NCBI GenBank assembly: GCA_014382295.1
Contig: JACNJZ010000093.1
Span: forward strand, 570-64,569
Source: Candidatus Desulfobia pelagia
Lineage (GTDB): Bacteria; Desulfobacterota; Desulfobulbia; Desulfobulbales; SURF-16
Length of the DNA stretch: 64,000 bases
Reading direction: 5' to 3'
Below are positions 54,751 to 63,694 of this stretch, in pieces. A program made the translations under genes and the position numbers. A model generated the notes under the pieces. It saw nothing but the letters and a program-made list of their open reading frames with translations. It ran no database searches and was not told the origin of the DNA. Position 1 is the stretch's first letter, and the number at the start of each line of letters is the position of its first letter.

Positions 54751-55506
54751 ATGAATGTTATTCCGGATCTTTCAGTGTGCGTTGCAACAACAGCGAACAG
54801 GCCGGATATTCTTGAGCGTTTTCTTGATTCTGTCAGGAGGATGGATGATCATCTTTCCATCGAGGTAATTATCGTTGATCGTTACGGGCAGGAAAAGAGT
54901 TCTCTGCCGGCGGTCAAATCCTTCGGTAGTGTAAAGCTGGTTGACGCAGATGCCGGCTGTTCCCTTCCCTTTGTTCTGGATCATGCCATGGGCATCAGCA
55001 CAGGTCGTTATATCTCTCTCTGGAGTGACACCGTTGTCCTGGAACCCGAGTCCCTTGTTCGCCTTGTGGCGTTCCTTGATGAGCATCCTGATACAGGAGT
55101 TGTAGCTCCTGCCATGTGGACTGCTGCGGGGGATTTCCAGTCGGTGGCAAGGGCTTTTCCTTCGCTTCTGGAATTGTCCAGTTCTTCATCTGTTCCCGGG
55201 CCGCCGATGACTATGCCAGGCGAAGGCGGCAATACTGAGCCCGAATGGTTTTCCGGGCCCGGTCTGACTGTGAACCGGTTTCTTCTGGAAGAGACAGGGG
55301 GGCTTTCTGAGAAGTTTCTTTGCTATTGGCCTCTGGAGTATTGTCTGCGGGCAGCAGGAGCAGGATGGCACTTGCAGTATTGTCATGAAGCCAGGATTAT
55401 TGGTGCCGAGAATAGCTGGCCGGTGGAGAGGATGGGCAGGCTTTCATTGTATCAGGCGAAAATGGCAGTTGCCTTAATGATTGTAAGGCACAGGCTGAGA
55501 GCGTGA
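54751..55506 (+). CDS. Glycosyltransferase family 2-like protein
   Basis: 251 aa. The N-terminal LSVCVATTANRPDILERFLDSV...VIIVD pattern is GT2-like. Similarity was judged by eye only. Confidence 0.55.
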   Translation: MNVIPDLSVCVATTANRPDILERFLDSVRRMDDHLSIEVIIVDRYGQEKSSLPAVKSFGSVKLVDADAGCSLPFVLDHAMGISTGRYISLWSDTVVLEPESLVRLVAFLDEHPDTGVVAPAMWTAAGDFQSVARAFPSLLELSSSSSVPGPPMTMPGEGGNTEPEWFSGPGLTVNRFLLEETGGLSEKFLCYWPLEYCLRAAGAGWHLQYCHEARIIGAENSWPVERMGRLSLYQAKMAVALMIVRHRLRA

Positions 55507-55513
55507 TTTGATA

Positions 55514-55542
55514 TTGACAATGAAAGCCATTAACGCTATTTT
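55514..55542 (+). promoter_or_regulatory. Possible sigma-70 promoter
   Basis: TTGACA (55514-55519), 17 nt, then TATTTT (55537-55542), upstream of the methyltransferase gene. Confidence 0.35.
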
Positions 55543-55630
55543 TACATGTTGTTGTTATCCTGCAACCATTGAGCTGAGTAGCTCCTAACCTTAAATATAA
55601 ACTCGATTATTACGTCTAAGGAGAGAGAAT

Positions 55631-56527
55631 ATGTCCCTGAAGGTAAAGGCCATCGCTGAAAGTATTAATATTATGGGAACAAGAAGTGGAACCGGTATGA
55701 AGGAGAGGAATGCTGCTCCTATTAAAGAAATGGCTAAGGAAGAGACCGCTGCCGGCGCCACTTTTCTTGACCTTAATATCGGCCCTGCCAGAAAAGACGG
55801 CACAGAGCTTATGCCCTGGGTAGTCGAAGCTGTTCAAGAGGTCAGTGATCTCCCTCTGGTTCTCGATACAACGAATGTTGATGCCATGGCTGCCGGCTTC
55901 AAAGCAGTTAAAAATAAGCAGGATGCCGTTATGAATTCAATCATGGCACGCCCTGAAAGAATGGAAGCGTTGATTCCTGTGGCTGCTGAGAATGGCTGTA
56001 ATGTTGTAGCGCTGCTTTGGGGCCCGGATGGTTTGCCGAGGGATTCCAATGAGCGTGCCGCGCTTGCCGTTGATCTGATGATGGCTCTCACCGAGGCGGG
56101 GATTCCCAATGAGAAAATGTTCTTTGATCCCATTGCTTCCCCTATAACTCTTGGTGCGGATCAGACTCTGGCCGGTCTTGAATTTATGAGTATGCTGCAG
56201 GATATTGCTCCCGGCGCACAGTCTACTATTGGTCTGTCAAATGTATCCAATGGGGTCGCTGAGCATTTACGAAAATATCTGGATCGTACTTACCTGATGA
56301 TGCTGATGAAATACGGGATGACCAGTGCCATCGTTAATTCCTATGACGCTGAGCTCATGGCTATCTGTAAAGGCGAGCGGCAGGAGTATGTTGACCTGGT
56401 GCATGGAATGATGGATGGTAACGATCCTGATCCTGCAACTCTTCAGGGTGTTGCTCTTGAGCATTATAAAACCTACAAGGTTCTTTCCGGACAGAATATC
56501 TTTTCTGAGTCCTGGCTTGAATTATAA
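55631..56527 (+). CDS. Methyltetrahydrofolate:corrinoid methyltransferase (pterin-binding, AcsE/MeTr-like)
   Basis: 298 aa. Pterin-binding TIM-barrel signatures (ATFLDLNIGP, LVLDTTN, GLSNVSNG). Confidence 0.8.
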   Translation: MSLKVKAIAESINIMGTRSGTGMKERNAAPIKEMAKEETAAGATFLDLNIGPARKDGTELMPWVVEAVQEVSDLPLVLDTTNVDAMAAGFKAVKNKQDAVMNSIMARPERMEALIPVAAENGCNVVALLWGPDGLPRDSNERAALAVDLMMALTEAGIPNEKMFFDPIASPITLGADQTLAGLEFMSMLQDIAPGAQSTIGLSNVSNGVAEHLRKYLDRTYLMMLMKYGMTSAIVNSYDAELMAICKGERQEYVDLVHGMMDGNDPDPATLQGVALEHYKTYKVLSGQNIFSESWLEL

Positions 56528-56615
56528 TTTTCAGGGCTAATATCTTTGAATTATTAGATTTTCCGTTTCGACGGGAAAGAAAATCAATGAGGATTCTCTT
56601 GGAAGAGAGAGCTGT

Positions 56616-56640
56616 AAAGGGGCCATTGGCCCCTTTTTGC
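56616..56640 (+). terminator. Rho-independent terminator
   Basis: AAAGGGGCC-ATT-GGCCCCTTT followed by a T-run, 3' of the methyltransferase gene. A second hairpin lies at about 56561-56581. Confidence 0.6.
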
Positions 56641-56655
56641 GTATGAAAAACTATT

Positions 56656-57246
56656 ATGGCTGATATACCTCTGCATCATATTGTTTATGGCACCTGTAAG
56701 GATTTTGTAACAGGAGAAATAATTGTTGATACGGATGATGAGCGCTACAGGCAAAAGCTGGCCCGGTATCTGGTTGAAGAAAAAGGGTACGAAAAAAAAG
56801 ATATAAAAATCGGCGAGAAAATAGAAACTCTGTACAATGGTCAGTTTGTTTCATCCAAGATGTCCATGGTGCTCAGTAGTAACGGAAAGCGTATTGTGAT
56901 TATCCGGTATGCACCTGGATCTCTTGTGACGCGGGAGCGGTCAGCGATAGCCGCAGCAAGGGTATTGGATGAAAACTATCAGATACCTTTAGCTGTTGTA
57001 ACCAATGGTGAAGATGCTGAACTTCTTGATACATATACCGGTGAAATCCTGAGGCGTGGACTCGATGGGATTCCCGCTTATGGAGAGGCCCTGGCATTGG
57101 CTGACAAACTGGGGTTTGCCCCTTTTCCTGATGAGAAGAAGCGGGAAAGGGAGTTGCGAATATTGAATGCGTACGATATTGAGGTCTGCTGTGCAGGTGG
57201 TCCTTGCGCCCTTCCCGAGGCTTCGGAAGGGAGAGGGAAAGAGTAA
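56656..57246 (+). CDS. HsdR N-terminal-like (restriction endonuclease-like fold) domain protein
   Basis: 196 aa. The pattern DTDDERYRQKLARYLVEEKGYEKKDI...PLAVVTNGEDAELLD resembles the stand-alone HsdR_N family. The call is by resemblance only. Confidence 0.45.
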   Translation: MADIPLHHIVYGTCKDFVTGEIIVDTDDERYRQKLARYLVEEKGYEKKDIKIGEKIETLYNGQFVSSKMSMVLSSNGKRIVIIRYAPGSLVTRERSAIAAARVLDENYQIPLAVVTNGEDAELLDTYTGEILRRGLDGIPAYGEALALADKLGFAPFPDEKKRERELRILNAYDIEVCCAGGPCALPEASEGRGKE

Positions 57247-57309
57247 TCGTTCAGCAGTACTCCTGAGCAATTGCTAAAAAATAAAGAATAAATTTGGAGA
57301 ACGTAAACA

Positions 57310-58647
57310 ATGTCTGAGTGGACAAAATCAAGCTGGCAGAATTATACTGCGCTGCAGCAGCCTAACTGGCCGGATAAGGATGAATATCAAAAGGCTGTTG
57401 ATAGGATTTCCAAGCTTCCGCCTCTGGTGTTTGCCGGTGAAATACGGACTTTGAAAAAACATCTGGCAGATTGCGTCGAAGGACGGGCATTTCTTCTCCA
57501 GGGCGGTGATTGTGCCGAAGATTTCAATAACTGTACAGCGCCAGGGATTAGGGAGACTCTTAAGGTCATATTGCAGATGGCTGTTATTCTCAGTTATGCC
57601 GGTGGTAAACCCGTCATTAAAGTGGGCAGGCTGGCAGGCCAGTATGCCAAACCGCGATCTTCCGATACAGAAAATGTCGATGGCGTCGAGATGGCCAGTT
57701 ACCGCGGTGATATGGTTAACAGTCCGGAGCCCACAGGGGAAGCCAGACGCCCTGATCCCAGCCGTATGGTGGAAGGATATCATCTGGCTGCCGCTACCAT
57801 GAATATTACCCGGGCATTTACCCGGGGCGGCTATGCTGCAATGCATCGGGTTCATGCCTGGAATAACGAATTCGTTAAAACGTCCCCCTTGGGTCGTTCC
57901 TATGAGAAATTGGCCCGTAATATTGATCAGGCCTTGAATTTCATGAAAACAATTGGCCTGGATACCGATATCCCACAGTTGAATCAGGCTGCCTTTTTTA
58001 CGTCTCATGAGGCTCTCCTGCTCGGCTATGAAGAAGCTCTTACCAGGCAGGATTCAATTACCGGTCAATGGTATGATTGTTCCGCTCATATGGTTTGGAT
58101 AGGGGATAGGACGCGTCAGCTTGATGGAGCTCACATTGAATTTTTACGGGGAGTTCGTAACCCGATTGGAATGAAAGTTGGCCCGAAGCACGATCTTGAT
58201 GAACTCCGGGCAATTATTGAAAAACTGAATCCGGAAAACGAGCCGGGCCGTTTGACTCTGATTACCCGTTTTGGAGCCAAAGAGATAGAAAAGCATCTGC
58301 CGCCTCTTGTCCGGGCGATCAAGCAGACTGGCTATAAGGTGTTATGGGTTTGTGATCCCATGCACGGAAACACCTATACTGCCGAAACAGGATATAAGAC
58401 CCGGAGTTTTGATAATATCCTCCAGGAGATTCAAAGCTTTTTTGAAATCCATTGGGCCGAGGGGACTATTCCTGGTGGGGTTCATTTTGAGCTGACTGGT
58501 GACAATGTCACAGAGTGTACGGGAGGAGGACGAAATATCGCCGATCAAAACCTGATTGAGAATTATCAGACAAACTGTGACCCTCGTCTTAATGCTGAGC
58601 AGAGCCTGGAACTTGCTTTTCAGATTGCTGAAATGATCCGGGGGTAA
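57310..58647 (+). CDS. Class II 3-deoxy-7-phosphoheptulonate (DAHP) synthase
   Basis: 445 aa. SWQNYTALQQPNWPD, LLQGGDCAEDF, RLAGQYAKPRS and DPMHGNT. Confidence 0.9.
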   Translation: MSEWTKSSWQNYTALQQPNWPDKDEYQKAVDRISKLPPLVFAGEIRTLKKHLADCVEGRAFLLQGGDCAEDFNNCTAPGIRETLKVILQMAVILSYAGGKPVIKVGRLAGQYAKPRSSDTENVDGVEMASYRGDMVNSPEPTGEARRPDPSRMVEGYHLAAATMNITRAFTRGGYAAMHRVHAWNNEFVKTSPLGRSYEKLARNIDQALNFMKTIGLDTDIPQLNQAAFFTSHEALLLGYEEALTRQDSITGQWYDCSAHMVWIGDRTRQLDGAHIEFLRGVRNPIGMKVGPKHDLDELRAIIEKLNPENEPGRLTLITRFGAKEIEKHLPPLVRAIKQTGYKVLWVCDPMHGNTYTAETGYKTRSFDNILQEIQSFFEIHWAEGTIPGGVHFELTGDNVTECTGGGRNIADQNLIENYQTNCDPRLNAEQSLELAFQIAEMIRG

Positions 58648-58684
58648 GTTGCTTCCATAACCGGGCTTTAATAGAGTATCAGGA

Positions 58685-58729
58685 AAGGCCGATTCTGCAT
58701 CAGTGTGGCAGAATCGGCCTTTTTCTTTT
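58685..58729 (+). terminator. Rho-independent terminator
   Basis: AAGGCCGATTCTGC (58685-58698) pairs perfectly with GCAGAATCGGCCTT (58708-58721), followed by TTTCTTTT. Confidence 0.75.
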
Positions 58730-58882
58730 GAATCAATGGCAATAAAACTCGACACAGGATTTGCATTGTGGTACTTATTGCAAATACCACGATGTGGTGA
58801 GAAGCGATAGCGAAAAGGTTTATTTTGCTCCGGACGGCAAGGAAAAGGCTGCAGGGGCATTCAGAGACAGGATATTAAGATT

Positions 58883-59251
58883 ATGGAAAAAGTAGAATTT
58901 GCCAAGATACGAAAAAAGATAGGTAAAACGCAGAAACAGCTCGCGGCCCTTCTTGGAGTATCATTGAAGGCAATTCACAGCTATGAGCAGGGATGGCGAT
59001 CCATACCCTCTCATATTGAGCGGCAGATATTTTTCCTCCTTACCAACAAAAGAAGGGGTACAGAAAAAACCAAGCCTTGCTGGGAAAGGAAAAACTGCGA
59101 CCGTAAAGAAGAATGCCCAGCCTGGGAGTTTCAGGCCGGACATCTCTGCTGGTTTTTATGCGGAACGTTGTGTGATTGCTGTGCCGAAAGGAATTGCAAA
59201 GACAAGCTGGATGTCTGCCGGGAGTGCGAAGTCCTCAAGTCCTTGATATGA
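58883..59251 (+). CDS. XRE-family HTH protein fused to a Cys-rich (two-CW-like) domain
   Basis: 122 aa. The N-terminal HTH is KTQKQLAALLGVSLKAIHSYEQG. The C-terminus is PCWERKNCDRKEECPAWEFQAGHLCWFLCGTLCDCCAERNCKDKLDVCRECEVL, with 12 Cys and two C-W pairs. Confidence 0.65.
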   Translation: MEKVEFAKIRKKIGKTQKQLAALLGVSLKAIHSYEQGWRSIPSHIERQIFFLLTNKRRGTEKTKPCWERKNCDRKEECPAWEFQAGHLCWFLCGTLCDCCAERNCKDKLDVCRECEVLKSLI

Positions 59252-59261
59252 AAACATTTAT

Positions 59262-59289
59262 AACTATTCAGAAGTACTGCTGAATAGTT
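59262..59289. repeat. Palindromic element AACTATTCAG-N8-CTGAATAGTT (family copy 2)
   Basis: Perfect 10-bp arms with loop AAGTACTG, between convergent genes. Compare 3945-3972. Confidence 0.7.
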
Positions 59290-59294
59290 GCCAT

Positions 59295-59900
59295 TTACAC
59301 TACTGATGCGCTGAAAAGCGGCGGTCCCTGGACAATCATGTCCGCAATTGTTTTCTTCACTTTTGGCAGAACTTTCCGCCTTGACCCAAGCCAGCCGGTT
59401 TCCAGCTGAACCAGTCTCTGAAAGAGTGCGGTTCGCTCCATCCTGGGAATGTCTTCCATTTTCTCGGTAATCTCCTGACAGCGAAAACATCCTGGAAAAG
59501 TAAGCTGTTTCCCGTCCGGGCGCGTCATCATTGCTGGTATTCCATGGAGACGGCATATCATCATCCTGTGGCTGTAGAGGCCGCATAAGCCATCTTCATT
59601 GAGCGGACACATGATGTCGGGACGTTTTTCTGCAGCCAGCATCTTTTCACTTTCCAGAATATATCTCTGGGCTTTTTCACTAAAATATTCCCGCTTTTCC
59701 TCAGAAAGAGCATTCAGCCCCTCCCATAAATAGGCCCATTCTGTATAGGTGTGATGGAGGAAATAACTGTCGCAGCAGTTATCCTGACATCCGTTGCATG
59801 TGAAATCCAGCTGTACGGCAACCTGGTCATACGCATCTTCCATATCTTTGTATAATTCGGCCATCTGCCGGGAGATCATTTTGGGTAAAAGTGATTGCAT
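59295..59900 (-). CDS. YkgJ-family Cys-cluster (zinc/iron-chelating, UPF0153) protein
   Basis: 201 aa. FTCNGCQDNCCDSYF (CxxCxxCC) plus the later CPLNEDGLCGLY and CRLHG. Confidence 0.7.
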   Translation of the reverse strand: MQSLLPKMISRQMAELYKDMEDAYDQVAVQLDFTCNGCQDNCCDSYFLHHTYTEWAYLWEGLNALSEEKREYFSEKAQRYILESEKMLAAEKRPDIMCPLNEDGLCGLYSHRMMICRLHGIPAMMTRPDGKQLTFPGCFRCQEITEKMEDIPRMERTALFQRLVQLETGWLGSRRKVLPKVKKTIADMIVQGPPLFSASVV

Positions 59901-59924
59901 GGAGTATCCTGTTAAAATTTAATC

Positions 59925-60074
59925 GTAACTGTTCAGGAGCACTCCATCCGGAGTCTCGCGAACTCGCTCACCTACACACACGATTAGGCCTTCTCACATA
60001 TGGTTATATAGTTCGGCGGCCTGTTTGTGCGCATCCGGAGTCTGCGCTTACCTAGAACACTTCTGAACAGTTAC
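59925..60074. repeat. Palindromic family copy split by an insert of about 115 bp
   Basis: GTAACTGTTCAG (59925-59936) and CTGAACAGTTAC (60063-60074) are perfect complements. The loop sequence GAGCACT (59937-59943) and CACTT (60058-60062) flank an insert. The insert's two ends are direct repeats: CATCCGGAGTCTCGCG...CTCACCTA and CATCCGGAGTCTGCGCTTACCTA. Confidence 0.55.
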
Positions 60075-60279
60075 AGTTCGGTGATTTTCGAAACTATAAG
60101 CTTTTTTGCTGAATAGTTACAATTAATCTTCAAGATCTTGAGAAGTGTCGCTTTGCGACTTGTTTACTTTAGTGCCTTCTCAGTTTATCTGGGTTAGATT
60201 ATAATGGCAGCATTGTGTTAAGCGACAATAATGATCAATTGTGCCATTGTCAAATGAATGGCCTTAGTAAGGAGAATCT

Positions 60280-61644
60280 ATGACATCATCTCTGAATTGT
60301 TTCAAGGCATATGACATTCGAGGCAAAGTGCCGGAAGAGCTTGATAAGGATCTAGCCTATAAAATAGGTCAGGCGTATGCTGCTATTTTTAAACCAGAGA
60401 AAATAGCCGTAGGCCATGATATCCGGCTCAGCGGCCCATCTCTTACTGCAGCGCTGGCTGATGGTTTGATGGACGCCGGTGTTGACGTAGTGCATCTTGG
60501 ATTGTGTGGTACTGAAGAAATTTATTTTGCCGCTTTTCATCTCGATGTTGATGGTGGGATTATTGTGACTGCCAGTCATAACCCGGCCGAATACAATGGG
60601 ATGAAACTGGTGCGAAAAGGTGCTGTGCCGATCAGTGGTGATACCGGCCTGAAAGATATTGAGCAAAGGGCCATTTCAGGAGAAGTGTTTAAGGCCGAGC
60701 AGAGGGGAAGTATGACTTCCATGGACAATCAGGCTGCATTTGCTGCCCATCTTTTGAGCTATGTGGATTGTGACAACCTCAAGCCTCTTAAGTTAGTTGT
60801 GAATCCCGGAAATGGCGGTGCAGGTGCCGTGATAGATAAGCTTTCACCAATGCTCCCATTCAGCCTTGTGAAGATTCTGTATCAGCCTGACGGCAGTTTT
60901 CCCAATGGTGTCCCCAATCCCCTTCTTCCTGAAAACAGGGAAGCGACGGCGAAAGCGGTTGTGGAGAATGGAGCCGATCTCGGCATTGCCTGGGATGGTG
61001 ATTTTGACCGCTGTTTTTTCTTTGATGAAACAGGGGCTTTTGTCGAAGGATATTATATTGTCGGTTTGTTGGCAGAGGCGATGCTCGCCCGGCATCCAGG
61101 GGGGAAGATAATTCATGACCCCAGGCTGACATGGAATACCGAGGAGGTTGTAAAAGCTTGCGGAGGAATCCCTGTCATGAGCAAGACCGGGCATGCTTTT
61201 ATCAAAGAAAGAATGAGGGCTGAAGACGCGATCTATGGTGGGGAGATGTCCGCCCATCATTATTTCAGGGATTTTTCCTATTGTGATTCCGGAATGATCC
61301 CCTGGCTTATGGTGGCAGAGCTTATCAGCCAGACAGGGCGTTCGCTCTCGGATTTTATCCGTGACCGCATGGAGGCCTATCCGGTGAGCGGTGAAATCAA
61401 TAACAGGGTGGATGACCCGGATGCTGCAATCGCTGCCATAGAATCGGCCTTTGCTGATGAGTGTCTGGAGAAGGATTATACGGATGGGCTCAGTATGGTC
61501 TGCAACGGGTATCGCTTTAATGTTCGAAAATCGAATACTGAACCTGTTTTGAGGCTTAATGTCGAGTCCCGCGGTGACAGGCGGCTGATGGAACAAAAAA
61601 CCACGGAGCTTCTGGCAATCATAAGGCAACCTATAAGTAATTGA
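60280..61644 (+). CDS. Phosphomannomutase/phosphoglucomutase
   Basis: 454 aa. [14 protein letters not shown], the active-site motif [11 protein letters not shown], and [11 protein letters not shown]. Confidence 0.9.
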   Translation: MTSSLNCFKAYDIRGKVPEELDKDLAYKIGQAYAAIFKPEKIAVGHDIRLSGPSLTAALADGLMDAGVDVVHLGLCGTEEIYFAAFHLDVDGGIIVTASHNPAEYNGMKLVRKGAVPISGDTGLKDIEQRAISGEVFKAEQRGSMTSMDNQAAFAAHLLSYVDCDNLKPLKLVVNPGNGGAGAVIDKLSPMLPFSLVKILYQPDGSFPNGVPNPLLPENREATAKAVVENGADLGIAWDGDFDRCFFFDETGAFVEGYYIVGLLAEAMLARHPGGKIIHDPRLTWNTEEVVKACGGIPVMSKTGHAFIKERMRAEDAIYGGEMSAHHYFRDFSYCDSGMIPWLMVAELISQTGRSLSDFIRDRMEAYPVSGEINNRVDDPDAAIAAIESAFADECLEKDYTDGLSMVCNGYRFNVRKSNTEPVLRLNVESRGDRRLMEQKTTELLAIIRQPISN

Positions 61645-61708
61645 CAATTAGTATGGGATAGGCGATAAAAATAATAAATTCGAAAAATTTCTTTTTTACC
61701 ATCTTAAA

Positions 61709-62017
61709 ATGGCCCTTATAAATATCGATACTGCTATTAAACGTGCGGTCCAGATGTTGAAAAAACTTTCTGCTCCTCAAGGCGTGGAGATCCTGACTTA
61801 CAAGCGTAACCGTGGTGTTTCCATTATTATTGAGGGTGAGGATCTTCTTGCTGTCCGGGAGAGAGGGTATGAGGAGCATGAGTATGCGGTTTCTTTTGGT
61901 GATCTCCCTAAACTTTTGAAGTCTATTGCAAAAAGAGAATTTCCACGCAGTCGTAAAGTCAGGGTGTATCAGTTGGCCTCCTCTGAGGAGGAAGGTCAGG
62001 AGAGGAAGAAACTGTGA
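61709..62017 (+). CDS. Hypothetical small protein
   Basis: 102-aa ORF between the phosphomannomutase and pgi genes. I recognise no motif. Confidence 0.4.
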   Translation: MALINIDTAIKRAVQMLKKLSAPQGVEILTYKRNRGVSIIIEGEDLLAVRERGYEEHEYAVSFGDLPKLLKSIAKREFPRSRKVRVYQLASSEEEGQERKKL

Positions 62018-62060
62018 ACAGTTACGAATAAATGTTCGTTAATGCACTAAGGAGCAGGTT

Positions 62061-63677
62061 ATGGCTTTCAGGAATCTTGATCAACTGCCGGCATATGCAG
62101 CCCTGAAGAATCTGGCAGCGTCAGCAGTCGATCTTACCAGGCCGGATATCATAACGACAGAACGCATCTCAAAGTATGTCTGTTCCAATGGCGAATTTGA
62201 TCTTCTCTACGGGACACAGAGGGTTAATGATGATGTGCTGGAGGCGCTGCAGCAACTGGCGGATGAAAGCCGAGCTGTTGACCAGTTCCTGGATATGAAG
62301 CGGGGGCAGGTGATTAATCGTATCGAGGGTCATGACAGTGAGAACCGCCAGGTGCTGCATACAGCCTGTCGGGATCTGTTTACTGAGTCACCCTGTGAGC
62401 CGAAAGCAACGGCACAGGCCAGGCAGGAACTCGACAAGCTCAGGAAGTTTCTCGGAGATATTGACGCAGGAGTCATTGTTAACAGTGAAGGTGCGGGTTT
62501 TACCGATATGGTCCAAGTGGGCATTGGTGGATCTGATCTGGGTCCTCGAGCTCTTTACCATGCTCTCAGTGCCTATCAGGTTGCCGGCCGCCGTGTTCAT
62601 TTTATCTCCAATGTCGATCCTGATGATGCAGCGTCAGTTCTTAATAAACTTGATCTTTCCCGTACCCTGGTAAATGTTGTTTCAAAAAGTGGTACTACCC
62701 TGGAAACCTTGACCAACGAGGAACTTGTTCGGGCCGCTTATGTGAAAGCCGGTCTTGACCCTGCACTTCATTTTGTTGCCGTGACTGGGGCGGGAAGTCC
62801 CATGGATTCCCCGAAATATCTCCGCTCTTTTTATATGTTTGACTATATAGGCGGCCGTTACAGTGTTACTTCCATGGTCGGCGGAGTCATGCTCGGATTT
62901 GCTCTGGGCTATGCAGCCTTTGAGAAGATTCTTCGCGGAGCTGACATGGTTGATAAGGCCGCTGAAGAAAGAGATATTACCAAGAATATTCCTCTGCTCA
63001 TGGCACTCCTTGGCATATGGAATCATAATCTTCTTGACTGCGAGACCTTGGCGGTACTGCCCTACAGTCAGGGGCTGATACGATTTGCCGCCCACCTGCA
63101 GCAGTGCGATATGGAGAGTAACGGAAAAGCCATAAACCGTCAGGGGGATTTTTTGCCATATCAATCGGGGCCCATTGTCTGGGGAGAACCGGGAACCAAT
63201 GGCCAGCATGCCTTTTATCAACTCATCCATCAGGGAACAACGGTTGTTCCCGTTGAGTTTGTAGGGTTTCGGGAATCCCAGTACGATCAGGATATCCTGA
63301 TTCACGAGACAACCTCCCAGGAGAAACTGGTGGCCAATCTTCTTGCCCAGTCCCTTGCCCTGGCAGTCGGCCACAAAGATGATAACCCGAACAGGACGTT
63401 CCCGGGTAACAGGCCGAACTCCATTCTCATGGCTGACAAGCTTACACCGCAGACAATGGGGGCCCTTCTTGCAATATATGAAGCTAAAATAACTTTTCAG
63501 GGGTTTCTGTGGAATATTAATTCCTTTGATCAAGAAGGCGTGCAGCTTGGGAAAAAACTGGCGAACCAGCTTCTTGATCATCTTTCTTCATGGCGTCTGG
63601 ATGGTGAATACACAGGGATGACTTCTGATCCTGAGGGATGGGCTTTGCTGCAGACCGCCCGTGTTATTCGAAAATAA
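62061..63677 (+). CDS. pgi: Glucose-6-phosphate isomerase
   Basis: 538 aa. VGIGGSDLGP, VSKSGTTLET, GGRYSVTS and ESNGK motifs. Confidence 0.92.
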   Translation: MAFRNLDQLPAYAALKNLAASAVDLTRPDIITTERISKYVCSNGEFDLLYGTQRVNDDVLEALQQLADESRAVDQFLDMKRGQVINRIEGHDSENRQVLHTACRDLFTESPCEPKATAQARQELDKLRKFLGDIDAGVIVNSEGAGFTDMVQVGIGGSDLGPRALYHALSAYQVAGRRVHFISNVDPDDAASVLNKLDLSRTLVNVVSKSGTTLETLTNEELVRAAYVKAGLDPALHFVAVTGAGSPMDSPKYLRSFYMFDYIGGRYSVTSMVGGVMLGFALGYAAFEKILRGADMVDKAAEERDITKNIPLLMALLGIWNHNLLDCETLAVLPYSQGLIRFAAHLQQCDMESNGKAINRQGDFLPYQSGPIVWGEPGTNGQHAFYQLIHQGTTVVPVEFVGFRESQYDQDILIHETTSQEKLVANLLAQSLALAVGHKDDNPNRTFPGNRPNSILMADKLTPQTMGALLAIYEAKITFQGFLWNINSFDQEGVQLGKKLANQLLDHLSSWRLDGEYTGMTSDPEGWALLQTARVIRK

Positions 63678-63694
63678 TGTTACGGGAATAACGT

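Noticed and set aside
58768-58790. TGGTAC-TTA-TTGCA as a sigma-54 promoter upstream of the XRE/Cys-rich gene.
   Set aside because: The GG-to-GC spacing is two nucleotides too short relative to TGGCAC-N5-TTGC. It is more likely part of a palindromic operator.
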